DNA of 64,000 nt from Candidatus Eiseniibacteriota bacterium (GCA_963823555.1 CAWGMA010000001.1:320001-384000); one strand, 5' to 3'. Positions 1 to 10,856 are shown, numbered from the stretch's first letter. The notes: a model not told the origin generated them from the letters alone. Numbers and translations: made by a program.

Positions 1-1
1 C

Positions 2-154
2 TATACGACCGAGATCGTGGCGCAGAACATGCAAATGCTGGGTCGTCCGGGCGAACGGGCTCCGGTCCCGGCCGGCGGTGGACCGAGCTACGAGAGCGAG
101 GCCTATCCTGATCCCGGAGCAGGGACGGGCGGTGACGACGACGTTCCCTTCTAG
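2..154 (+). CDS. ssb: Single-stranded DNA-binding protein, 3' part (truncated by window start)
   Basis: Frame 2 reads YTTEIVAQNMQMLGR...GGDDDVPF*, the end of the OB fold plus the acidic DDDxPF tail of bacterial SSB. Confidence 0.92.
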   Translation, partial: YTTEIVAQNMQMLGRPGERAPVPAGGGPSYESEAYPDPGAGTGGDDDVPF

Positions 155-205
155 GGGGCAGCGCGTTTGCCAAGACGGTGCTGCCGGGCGCCAGGGGGCA
201 CCGTC

Positions 206-235
206 TTGACCCTGAACCCTCCACGGTGGTAGCGT
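206..235 (+). promoter_or_regulatory. Putative sigma70-type promoter of tRNA-Lys
   Basis: TTGACC-N18-TAGCGT with a TG extended -10, about 45 nt upstream of the tRNA. Confidence 0.5.
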
Positions 236-279
236 CTCGGCCCCTCTGTGGACTCTGGCCGTTTCGACGGAGAGAACGT

Positions 280-355
280 GCGCCGCTAGCTCAATTGGCA
301 GAGCAAGTGACTCTTAATCACTGGGTTCGGGGTTCGATTCCCTGGCGGCGCACCA
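280..355 (+). tRNA. tRNA-Lys(CTT)
   Basis: GCGCCGC/GCGGCGC acceptor stem, TAGCTCAATTGGCAGAGC D-arm, anticodon loop CT-CTT-AA, GGTTCGATTCC T-arm, encoded CCA; 76 nt. Confidence 0.97.
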
Positions 356-553
356 TCCTCCTCCACTTTGCCTCCCATTCGCCCGTCTCCTCGGCCGCGC
401 GGAGGAGCGGTGCTTTCTCCTGCTGACGCAGGATGTTACGGCGCCCGGCGCGGGCCCTGGTTGCCGGGATGCCGCCACGGGGCGGCCAGCCCCATTTTCC
501 TTGCAGCATCCGCCACCCGGGCCGAGTAGTCTTATCATTAGCCATGGTCGTCT

Positions 554-912
554 GGGGGCGACTGGCTTCGACGGGGATGGTCGAAGCGAGGATGGCGTGC
601 CGAGGACCCCGTGATCCTCGTAAATCCCGCGGGAAAAAACCAAACGCCAATACTGAATTGGCTCTGGCTGCCTAACTAAGGCAACCCGTTCGTCGCTCCG
701 CCGTCCGTCGCGGGGATGATGAACGACTGATTAGGCGGACTGGCCTTGAGTCCTGTCCGGGGGCTCCGGGCGAGATGATACCCGGGCTGGCTGAGCACGG
801 ATCCCGCCGATCGGAGCCGTGGGAGGCGAGACAAAAAAAGGTCTGGCTACGCACGTAGAGGTCTTCGTCGAGGCATCTTCGGACGCGGGTTCGATTCCCG
901 CCGCCTCCACCA
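554..912 (+). ncRNA. ssrA: tmRNA; tag peptide (A)ANTELALAA encoded at 646-675
   Basis: 5' GGGGGCG...TTCGAC; 3' GACGCGGGTTCGATTCCCGCCGCCTCCACCA with G3:U acceptor pair; internal short ORF ends LALAA-TAA. Confidence 0.97.
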
Positions 913-918
913 ATACTC

Positions 919-978
919 GAGCCGGCATTCGCCTTCCATCCAAGCTCTGGATCAGGGAGATTGCCGGCTTTCGTTTCT
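919..978 (+). terminator. Probable terminator hairpin after tmRNA
   Basis: AGCCGGCA...TGCCGGCT arms followed by TTTCGTTTCTCT; the loop is large. Confidence 0.45.
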
Positions 979-1069
979 CTCCTCGGATCCTCGTTTCCGC
1001 GCTCATCGGCTGATCCCGTGCCCATGCTGGCCTTGGTCACGCGATTCGAGTAGCGTTCCGCGCGCAGGG

Positions 1070-1837
1070 TTGCGGTTGGAGATCTATCTGTTGGAGCCGG
1101 ATCTCGAGAATCTCGTCGCGCAGGTGCGCGCCCGACATGCTTCCGTCATGGAGACGATTGCTGCTTCGGCGCTCCGGGCCGGCCGTGATCCGGGCCAGGT
1201 CTCGGTGGTCGCGGTGACGAAGGGCTTCGGACCGGAGGCGTGTCTTGCGGCGGCGGCGGCCGGCATCGAGGCCATCGGCGAGAACCGCGTCCAGGAGGCC
1301 CGCGACAAGAAGCCCCTCGTGCTTGCGCAGCTGGCTCGCGAGCCGGCGCATGCGGCGCCGATCTGGCGGCTCATCGGGCATCTGCAGGGCAACAAGGTCC
1401 GGGCGGCACTTGCGATCTTCGACTGGTTCGATGCGGTCGATTCGCTGGCCCTGGCCATGGATCTGTCGCGGCGCGCCGCCGCCGAGGGGCGGCGGGTGCC
1501 GGTGCTGGTGGAAGTGAAGGTCGCTCCCGAGGCCTCGAAGCACGGCATCGCCCCGGCGGACGCCCATGAGCTCGTACCCAGAATCGCCGCGCTCCCCGGC
1601 CTCGATATCCAGGGGCTGATGACCGTGGCTCCGCTTCATGCTCCAGCGCGTCCCGCCTTCAGGACCCTGGCTGCGCTGCGCGATCGGCTCGTCAGCGAGG
1701 GCGGCGTCGCCCTCCCGCACCTCTCGATGGGGATGAGCAGCGATTTCGCCGAAGCCGTCGAGGAGGGTGCTACTCTGATCCGCCTGGGCACGGCGCTCTT
1801 TGGCCCCCGGCCGGCCACCGGCAGGGGGGCCGCGTGA
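1070..1837 (+). CDS. yggS: PLP homeostasis protein YggS/ProsC (start uncertain)
   Basis: VAVTK, GENRVQE, IGHLQGNK, GLMT, LSMGMSSDF, GATLIRLGTALFG motifs. Confidence 0.95.
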   Translation: MRLEIYLLEPDLENLVAQVRARHASVMETIAASALRAGRDPGQVSVVAVTKGFGPEACLAAAAAGIEAIGENRVQEARDKKPLVLAQLAREPAHAAPIWRLIGHLQGNKVRAALAIFDWFDAVDSLALAMDLSRRAAAEGRRVPVLVEVKVAPEASKHGIAPADAHELVPRIAALPGLDIQGLMTVAPLHAPARPAFRTLAALRDRLVSEGGVALPHLSMGMSSDFAEAVEEGATLIRLGTALFGPRPATGRGAA

Positions 1838-1948
1838 GGGTCCAGGAAGCCTTGGACTTGACGCGGTGGGGCAGGCAGAGTATTCGGGCGCAAGGGCTAC
1901 AGGTGGCACCGCCGTCGGAGGCGGATGCCGGCTCAACCAGGAGAAGCG

Positions 1949-2524
1949 ATGAGTCTCACCCCTCTCGATGTGCGAAAGCAGCAGTTCAAGAAGGCGCTGA
2001 GCGGTTTCGATCCCGACGAGGTCAAGGCCTTCCTGGGGCTGGTCGCCGGCGAGATGGAGCGGCTCCTCAAGGAGCATTCGGAACTGACCGAGCAGGTCAC
2101 CGCCCAGCGCAGCCGCATCGAGGAGTACCAGACGCTCGAGCGCAGTCTGCGCGACGCCGTGGTCGCCGCCCAGGGGATGCGGGACGAGTCGCGCCGGCAG
2201 GCGGAGCGTGAGGCCGAACTCATCCTGGCCAAGGCCGAGCTCGAAGCCGAAGGCCGCCTGCGGCAGAGCGAGATGCGGCTCGCCGACCTGCGCCGGGAAC
2301 TGACCGAGCTCAAGAGCGAACGGCAGAACTACCTCATTCGCTTGCGTGCCTTGATCGACACCCACATGCGCATGGTGGAGGCCAGCGAGGCGCGCTACGA
2401 GGCCATGGAGCGGTCGCCTGCTCCCGGGTCGGGGGCGGCGGCGGGATCGGAGGCGGAGCGTTCCCACACGCCGGGAGCGGGCGGGGCCTTCCGCCCGGTC
2501 GAAGCTCCCGGACCACGGCTATAG
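1949..2524 (+). CDS. divIVA: DivIVA-domain coiled-coil protein
   Basis: MSLTPLDVRKQQFKKALSGFDPDEVKAFL N-terminus, long coiled coil, AGGAG RBS. Confidence 0.92.
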   Translation: MSLTPLDVRKQQFKKALSGFDPDEVKAFLGLVAGEMERLLKEHSELTEQVTAQRSRIEEYQTLERSLRDAVVAAQGMRDESRRQAEREAELILAKAELEAEGRLRQSEMRLADLRRELTELKSERQNYLIRLRALIDTHMRMVEASEARYEAMERSPAPGSGAAAGSEAERSHTPGAGGAFRPVEAPGPRL

Positions 2525-2537
2525 GTGCCCATCTGCC

Positions 2538-2843
2538 GTGCCCCCCGGAGTCACGCTGACCTTCGCCGTGCGCGTCCGCCCGCGGGCCGGTCGCTCGGTC
2601 ATCCTCGGCCGGCGCGCCGATGGCAGCCTCGAGGTGGCGTTGCGCGCCGCCCCGGAAGGCGGCAAGGCCAACGCGGAGCTCATCCGGCTCCTGGCCAAGG
2701 CCCTGGCGGTTCCGGCCAGCGACGTGGCCATCGTGCGCGGCGCCGCCGCGCGCGCCAAGATCGTTCGAGTCATCGGCGCCGATCCGGGACGCGCCGCCGC
2801 CTTCGGACCGGCGGCAGCGATTTCGCCTGCGCCCGAGCAATAG
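2538..2843 (+). CDS. DUF167/YggU family protein
   Basis: VRVRPRA, AAPEGGKANAELIRLLAKAL, IVRG...K motifs; yggS-divIVA context. Confidence 0.88.
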   Translation: MPPGVTLTFAVRVRPRAGRSVILGRRADGSLEVALRAAPEGGKANAELIRLLAKALAVPASDVAIVRGAAARAKIVRVIGADPGRAAAFGPAAAISPAPEQ

Positions 2844-2873
2844 AAAACAGAGCGCATCACTCAAGAGGAGATC

Positions 2874-3731
2874 ATGAGCCCTACCCCGACTTCGACTACC
2901 CGCGGGACGACGTCCCGGCTCAGCGCGGAGATCGAGGCGGCGGTGTCGAGCCTGCGCGCACGTACCGCCCTGGTTCCCGACGTCGCGATCATCATCGGTA
3001 CCGGGCTCGGCGCGCTGGCCCGCTCGATCACCGTCGAGGCCAGCGTGCCCTATCGGGAGATCCCCTACTTCCCGGAGTCGACCGTCGAGAGCCACGCCGG
3101 AGAGCTCATGTTCGGCCATCTCTCGGGGAAGTCCATCGTGGCCATGCGCGGGAGAGTGCACTTCTACGAGGGCTACACCATGCAGCAGGTGGGCTTCCCG
3201 GTGCGGGTCATGCGCGCCCTGGGGGCGCGCACGTTGATTGTGTCGAACGCCGTCGGCGGCATGAATCCGCTGCTCGACCTCGGTGTCATCTTCCTCACGG
3301 TCGATCACATCAACCTGATGGGGGCCAATCCCCTCATCGGTCCCAACGATGACACCCTCGGTCCGCGGTTTCCCGACATGTCGCAACCGTACGATACCAA
3401 GCTGATCGAGCTCACCGAGCGCGTGGCGCGCGATGAGCGGATTCCGCTCGCCAAGGGTGTCTTCGTCGCCGTGGCCGGGCCCAACCTCGAGACGCGCGCC
3501 GAGTACCGCTTCTTGCGCGCGATCGGCGCCGATGTGGTGGGCATGTCGTTGATCCCGGAGAACCTGGTGGCGGTGCATGCCGGCATGCGCTGTCTCGCCT
3601 TGTCGGTGGTGACCGACATCTGCCTTCCGGACGCCTTGCGTCCGGCCAACCTCGAGGAGATCCTGGCGGCGGCCGCGCGCACGGAGCCGCATCTCACCCG
3701 CCTCATCGAGCGGGTGGTGGCAGCGATGTAG
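2874..3731 (+). CDS. punA: Purine-nucleoside phosphorylase (trimeric family)
   Basis: [55 protein letters not shown]. Confidence 0.93.
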   Translation: MSPTPTSTTRGTTSRLSAEIEAAVSSLRARTALVPDVAIIIGTGLGALARSITVEASVPYREIPYFPESTVESHAGELMFGHLSGKSIVAMRGRVHFYEGYTMQQVGFPVRVMRALGARTLIVSNAVGGMNPLLDLGVIFLTVDHINLMGANPLIGPNDDTLGPRFPDMSQPYDTKLIELTERVARDERIPLAKGVFVAVAGPNLETRAEYRFLRAIGADVVGMSLIPENLVAVHAGMRCLALSVVTDICLPDALRPANLEEILAAAARTEPHLTRLIERVVAAM

Positions 3732-3800
3732 AAGGGAGCCCGGAGCCGCTCGCGCGTGGACGCGGGTGATCCCTGAGGCACAACCGCGATCGAGAACCCC

Positions 3801-6800
3801 ATGTCGATGACCGATGCCAACCGCGGCGTCTTCGCCGCCGTCGAATCCGAGGTGGACTTCCCGGCCATGGAGGCCGAGATCCTCGCCTTCTGGGACGACC
3901 ACGACACCTTCAAGAAGAGCCTCGAGCTGCGCCGCGAGGGGCCGCCTTTCGTTTTCTACGACGGGCCGCCGTTCGCCACGGGGTTGCCGCACTACGGGCA
4001 TCTGCTGGCCGGCACCATCAAGGACATCGTCCCCCGCTACTGGACGATGCGCGGACACTACGTCGAGCGCCGCTTCGGCTGGGACTGCCATGGGCTCCCG
4101 GTCGAGGTCGAGATGGAACGCCAGCTCGGCATCTCCGGGAAGCGTCAGATCGAGGAATACGGCGTATCTCGCTTCAACGAGTCCTGCCGCTCGATCGTGC
4201 TGCGCTACGTCGAGGAGTGGCGAGAAGACGGTTCGCCGCATGGGTCGCTGGGTCGACTTCGACAACGACTACAAGACCATGGAGCCTGACTACATGGAGT
4301 CGATCTGGTGGGTCTTCAAGCAACTCTGGGACAAGGACCTGATCTACGCGGCTACACGGTGCAGCCCTACTGCCCACGTTGCTCGACACCGCTCTCCAAT
4401 TTCGAGGTCAACCAGGGGTACCGTGACGTCCAGGATCCATCGATGACCGTGCGCCTGCGCGCAGCCGGGGAAGGCGATGCGCGCACCTATTTCCTGGTGT
4501 GGACGACGACCCCGTGGACGCTGCCCGCCAACCTCGGGCTCGCCGTCGGTCCCGACATCGACTACGTCCTGGTCCAGGATGGGCAGGATCGCTACTGGCT
4601 GGCCAAGGACCGGGTGGCCGCCGTGTTCCGGGAGGAGGAGCCCGAGGTGCTCGCCACCCAGAAGGGGGCGAGCCTGGTCGGCCGGCGCTACGAGCCGCCA
4701 TTCGACTACTATCTTCACTACGCCGATCGCGCCTTCCGGGTCGTGCCGGCCGATTTCGTCTCGACCGAGGAGGGGACCGGGATCGTGCACATGGCGCCCG
4801 GCTTCGGCGAGGACGACTTCACGATCGGGAGTCGCGAGGGTTGGCCGGTGGCCATGCCGCTGGACGCCGAGGCTCGCTTCACCGAGGAGGTTCCCGACTA
4901 CCAGGGCTGTTCGTCAAGGATGCCGATCCGCTCATCATCAGACGTCTCCGCGAGGAAGGGAAGCTCGTCCACCAGACGACGCTGCAGCACGCCTACCCCT
5001 TCTGCTACCGCTGCGACTCACCGCTCATCTACCGGGCCATCGATACGTGGTTCGTGAACATCGAACCCGTGAAGCCGGCGATGCTCAGGGCCAATCAGCT
5101 CATCAACTGGGTGCCGGACCATCTGCGGGACGGCCGCTTCGGCAACTGGCTCGAGGGTGCGCGCGCCTGGAACCTGGGCCGCAACCGTTACTGGGGTACA
5201 CCGATTCCGGTTTGGGTGTCCGAGGACGGCGAGGAGCTCGTGTGCGTCGGCAGCCGGGAGGAGCTGGCGCGCCTCTCCGGAGTCGCATCCCGCCGACCTT
5301 CACCGCCACTTCGTCGATGAGATCACCATCCCCTCGGCTCAGGGCCGAGGGGCCCTGCGGCGCGTGCCGCAGGTGCTCGACTGCTGGTTCGAGTCGGGCT
5401 CCATGCCCTATGCCCAGAACCACTACCCATTCGCGAACAAGGAGGCATTCGAGTCCAGTTTCCCGGCCGACTTCATCGCCGAGGGACTCGATCAGACCCG
5501 CGGCTGGTTCTACACGCTGATCGTCCTCTCGGCTGCGCTCTTCGATCAGCCCGCTTTCAAGAACGTCGTCGTCAACGGCCTCGTCCTCGCCGAGGACGGC
5601 AAGAAGATGTCCAAGCGGCTCAAGAACTACCCCGAGCCGGAGGAGATCCTCAACCGCTACGGCGCCGATGCGCTGCGGGCCTATCTCATCGATTCTCCGG
5701 TGGTGCGCGCCGAGGATCTGCGCTTCTCCGAAGCCGGCGTCCGCGAGGTCATGCGTCAGGTCATCCTGCCCCTGTGGAACGCCTACTCCTTCTTCGTCAC
5801 CTACGCCAACATCGACGGTTGGACTCCGGATCGGCCGCCGCTCGAGCCCTCGGGTCGGCTCGACCGCTGGATTCTCTCGGTGCTCCATGCCCTCATCGAA
5901 GAGGTCAACACGCAGATGGATCGCTACAACCTGTACCGGGTGATTCCGGCGCTCGAGCGATTCATCGATGACCTCACCAGGTGGTACATCCGGCTGTCCC
6001 GACCGCGCTTCTGGAAGGAGGGCGAGGATGCCGACAAGGAGGCGGCCTACCAGACCCTGTACACGGTGCTCACCACGTTCTCGCGGATGCTGGCTCCCTT
6101 CCTGCCCTTCGTCTGCGAGGCGATGTATCGAAACCTCGTGGTCCGCGCCGGAGCGCCAGGTCCCGAGTCGGTGCATCTGACGGACTACCCGCAGTCCGAT
6201 CCCGATCGCCGCGATCTAGTGCTCGAGCGGGAGATGGCCCTGGCGCGCACCATCGTCGGTCTCGGGCGCGCGCTTCGCGAGCGTCACAAGGTGAAGACCC
6301 GACAGCCGCTTCGCGAGGTCGCTGTGGTGGCGCGCACCGCCGAGGAGCAGGCGCTCATCCGCGACCTCGAGGACATTGTCCTCGAGGAGCTCAACGTGAA
6401 GGAGCTGCGCTTCACCGAGCGCGAGGAAGACCTGGTCACCGTCAGCGCCAAGGCCAACTTCCGCGTCTGCGGGCCACGCTTCGGTCGCGAGATGCGGCGT
6501 GCCTCCGAGGTCATCCAGGGCTTCGATCTCCTCACCATCCGCCGCCTCGAGGCGGGAGGTGAGATCGAGGTCTGCGGCCAGCCGATCACCATCGCCGACA
6601 TCCTGATCGAGCGGCGGGAGCGCGAGGGTCACGCCACCGAGACCGAGGCCGGCGTGACGGTGAGCCTGGACATCGCGGTCACGCCCGAGCTCCGGGCGGA
6701 AGGCAATGCGCGCGAGGTGAAGAACCGCATCCAGGCCATGCGCAAGGAGGCCGGGTTTGCGGTCGACGACCGGATTCGAGTGATGATCGACGCGCCCGCC

Positions 6801-6968
6801 GACTTTGCCGCTGCGCTCGATACGCACCGGGACTACCTCAAGGCGGAGACGCTCGCCGTGGGGCTCGATCTGGTGGGAACTCCGGATTTCACCGCCGAGA
6901 TCGAGCGCTCCTGGGAAATCGACGGGCAGCGGGTGGCGATCGGGATCCGCCGCGCGGAGCGCCCGTAG
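3801..6968 (+). CDS. ileS: Isoleucine--tRNA ligase (IleRS2 type), split by four apparent single-base frameshifts (~4221, ~4347, ~4905, ~5285)
   Basis: [66 protein letters not shown] and KMSKR occur in order across successive frames. Confidence 0.93.
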
Positions 6969-7187
6969 CGAGAGGCAAGTTCCGAGGGGGCGGCCGTCCC
7001 TTCCTCGCGGTCAAACGCCGCCAGATCCCGGTCACCACTCGCCGTGGAGTGGGGACTTGTCAGCGGCCGGTCCGGATCGTCTTGTGGCCGCCCCGGAGGC
7101 TGGCTATACTCGACGGCCACGCGCGGAGGGCTCATGCCTCTCCGCGCGTCGCCCACGGGTTCGTGGGGGAAACGAGGAGGGACGGCC

Positions 7188-7565
7188 ATGAACTCCCAGC
7201 AGCTCGAAACGTTGCGCGCCAGGCTGGTGACGGAGAGGGACCGCATCATGAAGGAGCTTGGCTACATGGAGACCCGGTTCCTCCGTTCGACGCCCCGCGA
7301 TTCCTCGGGAGACCTCTCGGGGTACGTCTTTCACCTTGCCGATGTCGGCACCGATGCCGACGAACGCGAGAAGGCCGTGCAGCTAACGTCCGCCGAGGGC
7401 CGGCTGCTGACGGCCGTGAATGCCGCTCTCGACCGTATCGAGGGCGGTAGCTACGGCACTTGTCTGAGTTGTGGTGGCGAGATCTCGATCAAGCGCCTCG
7501 AAGCCGTGCCCTCGGCCACGCTCTGCATCGAGTGCCAGGAAAAGGAGGAGCGGAACTCCCGGTGA
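7188..7565 (+). CDS. TraR/DksA family C4 zinc-finger protein (YlyA-like)
   Basis: Coiled coil, HLADVGTD, ALDRIEGGSYGTCLSCG...RLEAVPSATLCIEC; GAGGAGG RBS. Confidence 0.9.
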   Translation: MNSQQLETLRARLVTERDRIMKELGYMETRFLRSTPRDSSGDLSGYVFHLADVGTDADEREKAVQLTSAEGRLLTAVNAALDRIEGGSYGTCLSCGGEISIKRLEAVPSATLCIECQEKEERNSR

Positions 7566-7597
7566 GCCGGTGAGTTCCGCCCAGCGGCCAGCACCCC

Positions 7598-8047
7598 TTG
7601 CCCACCCTGATCGTTACCGCAGTCCTCGTCGTCGCCTGCGACCTGGCGACCAAAGCCCTGGCTTCACGCTTGCTCCTGCCCGGACGTCCCATTCCCGTCA
7701 TCGGTGATTTCGTGCGTCTGACCCTCGTTCACAACTCGGGGGCGGCATTCGGTCTGTTCCCCGGGAGTCGTGTTGCCTTCATCATCTTCTCGCTCCTGGC
7801 GATCGGCGTCATCTTCACGCTCTTCATCCGTCTGCCCGGGCGCGGGCGGGCCGAACTCGTGGCGCTCGGAGCTCTCCTCGGGGGCGCTCTCGGCAATCTC
7901 CACGATCGAGTGAGAGCAGGATTCGTCGTTGATTTCATCGAGGTCGGCATTGGTCGCTTCCGCTGGCCGGTGTTCAACGTCGCCGACATCGCGGTGACCG
8001 GTGGCGTGATCCTCCTGCTCTTCGCCCTGGCGCGCCGGAAGTCGTGA
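7598..8047 (+). CDS. lspA: Lipoprotein signal peptidase II (start uncertain)
   Basis: DLATK, NSGAAFG, GALGNLHDR, VVDFI, WPVFNVAD. Confidence 0.95.
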   Translation: MPTLIVTAVLVVACDLATKALASRLLLPGRPIPVIGDFVRLTLVHNSGAAFGLFPGSRVAFIIFSLLAIGVIFTLFIRLPGRGRAELVALGALLGGALGNLHDRVRAGFVVDFIEVGIGRFRWPVFNVADIAVTGGVILLLFALARRKS

Positions 8048-9041
8048 GCGGATCGCGCCAGGATCCATCCCCCTCGCCGGCGCGTATCGTCATGGTTCCA
8101 CCGGAGCTCGCCGGTGAACGGATCGATCGCGTACTGGCCCGTCTCGTCCCGGAATGGTCTCGAGCTCAGGTCCAGCGCTTGATCGAGCGTGGGCTGGTCA
8201 GGGTGGGAGGGGCGGACATCACACGATCGTCGCACCGGACGGAAGCCGGCGCGGCCATCTCGGTCATGGTCTTGCCCGAGCCGCCGGGGCCGCTTCTGGC
8301 CGAGCCCATCCCGCTCGACGTCCGTTACGAGGACGACCATCTCGCCGTGCTCGTGAAACCGGCTGGGCTCGTGATGCATCCAGGTGCCGGGGCGCGGCGC
8401 GGCACGCTCGTCGCGGGGTTGCTCGCCCGCTATGGCAAGCTCCCCGGAGATCCGGTACGGCCTGGCCTGGTTCATCGCCTGGACCGCGACACGACCGGCC
8501 TCGTCCTGATCGCCAGGGACGCGCTCGCGCTCCGGCGCCTGGCGGCGGCCGTCGCGGCGCGCGAGGTGGAGCGTAGCTACGAGGCTCTGGTCTGGGGTCT
8601 GTTGCGGGAACCCTCGGGGTTGATCACGGTTCCCATCGCCCGCAGCCGGCGCGATCGCACGCGCATGGCGCCCGCGCGGCGGGGGGGAGGAGCGCCGAAA
8701 CCGGCTATCGAGTCGTGGAGTCTCTGGGTATAGCAAGCCGACTCGAGATCAGCCTGCGCACGGGGCGCACGCACCAGATCCGGGTCCACCTCCAGCACAT
8801 CGGACATCCGGTGGTCGGTGATCCCACCTATGGGGGCCGCCCGCGGAGCTTGATTGCGGTGCCGGCATCCGAGCGGGGACGTGCGAAGCAGATGCTCGCG
8901 GTCATGCGCCGCCAGGCCCTCCACGCTTTCCGGCTCTCCTTTGTGCATCCGGTGAGCGGGGAACGGCTCACCTTCGAGGCCGCGCTGCCGGCGGACATGA
9001 CCGCTTGCCTCGAGATCCTGCGGCAGGGAGCAGGTCGATGA
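8044..9041 (+). CDS. rluD: RluA/RluD-family 23S rRNA pseudouridine synthase, frameshifted at the G7 run 8681-8687
   Basis: S4 domain, KPAGLVMHP and GLVHRLDRDTTG in the first frame; TGRTHQIRVH, HPVVGDPTYG and RQALHA in the second frame. Confidence 0.9.
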
Positions 9042-9577
9042 GCGGGAGGCGATTGCTCGGTATCGACTATGGGGAGCGCCGGGTCGGAGTCGCCTTGAGC
9101 GATCCCACCGGGACCTTGGCCTCGCCCCTGACCGTGATCGCCCACGAAGGAGGGCCGGAACTCGTGGACCGCCTGGTCGAGCTGGTTCAGAATGAGGGTG
9201 CGGTGGGCATCGTGATCGGTGATCCGCGACGGGCGAGCGGCGAGCGGAGCCCAGGCTCGGAGCGCGCCGAGACCCTGGCCCACGCCCTTGCCGGGCGTCT
9301 CCAGCTTCCGATCTGGCTATGGAATGAATGGGGATCTACGGTGCTCGCCGCCGAGAGGCTCTCGGCGGTCCGTCCTGCCCGTAGGGGCCGGGGCGCCGAC
9401 GCGGCAGCCAGACGCCATCGCGATGCGCGGCGGATGCGCCAGCAGAGGCTCGATCGAGCCGCCGCCGCCATCATCCTGCAGGACTTTCTCGATGCTCACC
9501 ATGATCGCGAGCTCCCGGCTCCGCTAGCGATTCAGGGGATGGATGCGAAGCCGGAGGGTCCTCTCGACACCGAGTGA
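9038..9577 (+). CDS. yqgF: YqgF/RuvX family pre-16S rRNA nuclease
   Basis: LLGIDYGERRVGVALSDP, LDRAAAAIILQDFLD; precedes mltG as is typical. Confidence 0.9.
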   Translation: MSGRRLLGIDYGERRVGVALSDPTGTLASPLTVIAHEGGPELVDRLVELVQNEGAVGIVIGDPRRASGERSPGSERAETLAHALAGRLQLPIWLWNEWGSTVLAAERLSAVRPARRGRGADAAARRHRDARRMRQQRLDRAAAAIILQDFLDAHHDRELPAPLAIQGMDAKPEGPLDTE

Positions 9578-9611
9578 CCTGCCCGCTGGAGATCGGAGGA
9601 GGAACGACTGC

Positions 9612-10751
9612 ATGCACCTGCCTGCCCGGCTCCGGACCGTGGTCCGCTTCCTGGTGACGGGTGCCGTCTTGATTGCGCTGGCCGGGCTCCTGGTGTGGAC
9701 CCTTGGGCCAGGGCCACCCCGGGCCGTGAAGCTCCGCGTTCCGGAGGGGGCAACCCTGCGCCAGATCGGGAGCATGCTGGCCGACTCGGGTGCTGTGCGC
9801 TCGCGTGTTGCCTTCGAGCTGGTCGGCCGCACGATGGGCGCACAACACAGACTGCGTGCGGGGCCTTTCACCGTGCCGCCGAGTTCGACGCCGTTCGATG
9901 TGATCAGACTCCTGGTCTCGGGTCCCATGGACCAGAATCTTGTCACCATCCCCGAGGGGCTCACACTGTGGGAGACGGCGAGCATCCTCATGCGTGATGC
10001 GGAGATCGACTCCACCGGGTTCGTCAAGGCGGCGACTGACAGCGTACAGGTCCAGGCCTTCGGCATCTCGCGGCCCACGCTCGAAGGCTACCTCTTCCCC
10101 GATACCTATGACATCCGCCCCGAGGAGTCGCCATCGGTCGTGCTCTCCACCCTGGTTGCCCGTGCTCGATCTGTGCTCGCCGAGGTCACGGCGGGACAGC
10201 CGCCGCCGCCCCCCCTCGGTACGGATGGGGAAGAGATGGTCATCCTGGCTTCGATCGTCGAGGCCGAGGCGCGGTTACCTGGCGAGCGTCCGCGAATTGC
10301 TGCGGTATATCTCAATCGGTTGCGGTACGGGATGCGTCTCGAGGCCGATCCGACCGTGGCCTACGCTCTGCGCGCCCGGCGCAGGCTCTACTACAAGGAT
10401 CTGGAGATCGACTCGCCATGGAACACCTATCGGGTGCCAGGCCTGCCCCCGACGGCGATCTGCAGTCCCGGGCGCGGGGCCCTCGAGGCGGTGATGGCCG
10501 CTTCGGGCATGGCGGAGGTCCGGGATCTCTACTTCGTCGCCCGCGGTGACGGCAGCCACATCTTCTCGCGCACGCTGGAGGAGCATGCTCGAGCCGTGAA
10601 CCGGGTCCGCTCACGCCGTTCCGCGGCCGGCCGGAATGGAGGCGACGAGGGTGGCCAGGGGGCGAGTCAAGGGACCGGGCAGGGGAGTCGCTTCCCCGGC
10701 GGCGGGGACGGCGCGGCCGGATCCCAGACCGTGGGGCCCTCCGGGCGCTAG
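9612..10751 (+). CDS. mltG: Endolytic transglycosylase MltG
   Basis: N-terminal TM, VTIPEG, LEGYLFPDTY, LASIVEAEA, LEADPT, SPWNTY, GLPPTAI, LYFVARGDGSHIFS. Confidence 0.94.
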   Translation: MHLPARLRTVVRFLVTGAVLIALAGLLVWTLGPGPPRAVKLRVPEGATLRQIGSMLADSGAVRSRVAFELVGRTMGAQHRLRAGPFTVPPSSTPFDVIRLLVSGPMDQNLVTIPEGLTLWETASILMRDAEIDSTGFVKAATDSVQVQAFGISRPTLEGYLFPDTYDIRPEESPSVVLSTLVARARSVLAEVTAGQPPPPPLGTDGEEMVILASIVEAEARLPGERPRIAAVYLNRLRYGMRLEADPTVAYALRARRRLYYKDLEIDSPWNTYRVPGLPPTAICSPGRGALEAVMAASGMAEVRDLYFVARGDGSHIFSRTLEEHARAVNRVRSRRSAAGRNGGDEGGQGASQGTGQGSRFPGGGDGAAGSQTVGPSGR

Positions 10752-10856
10752 GCGCTTAGGGAGGCTCCTGCCCGTGTCGGATATTGCCGGATGGCGCAGT
10801 CATCGTGCCAACCGGTCGCCAGAGCTGTGGCGCTCTGCTAGTCTCGCGATCACCCC

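Noticed and set aside
280..1000. Prophage or element integrated at tRNA-Lys or tmRNA
   Set aside because: Both are followed by hairpins and housekeeping genes; no att duplication or integrase seen.
178..1040. Short ORFs overlapping the tRNA and tmRNA
   Set aside because: Explained by the RNA genes; only the tmRNA tag peptide (646-675) is credible.
3732..3800. T-box leader upstream of ileS
   Set aside because: The gap is only ~70 nt and lacks the T-box consensus.
4200..5300. Programmed ribosomal frameshifting in ileS
   Set aside because: Four shifts in mixed directions without slippery heptamers; sequencing error is more parsimonious.
7566..7600. Additional frameshift at the lspA 5' end (GTG 7570 in another frame)
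   Set aside because: The TTG start at 7598 already gives a near full-length LspA; evidence is insufficient.
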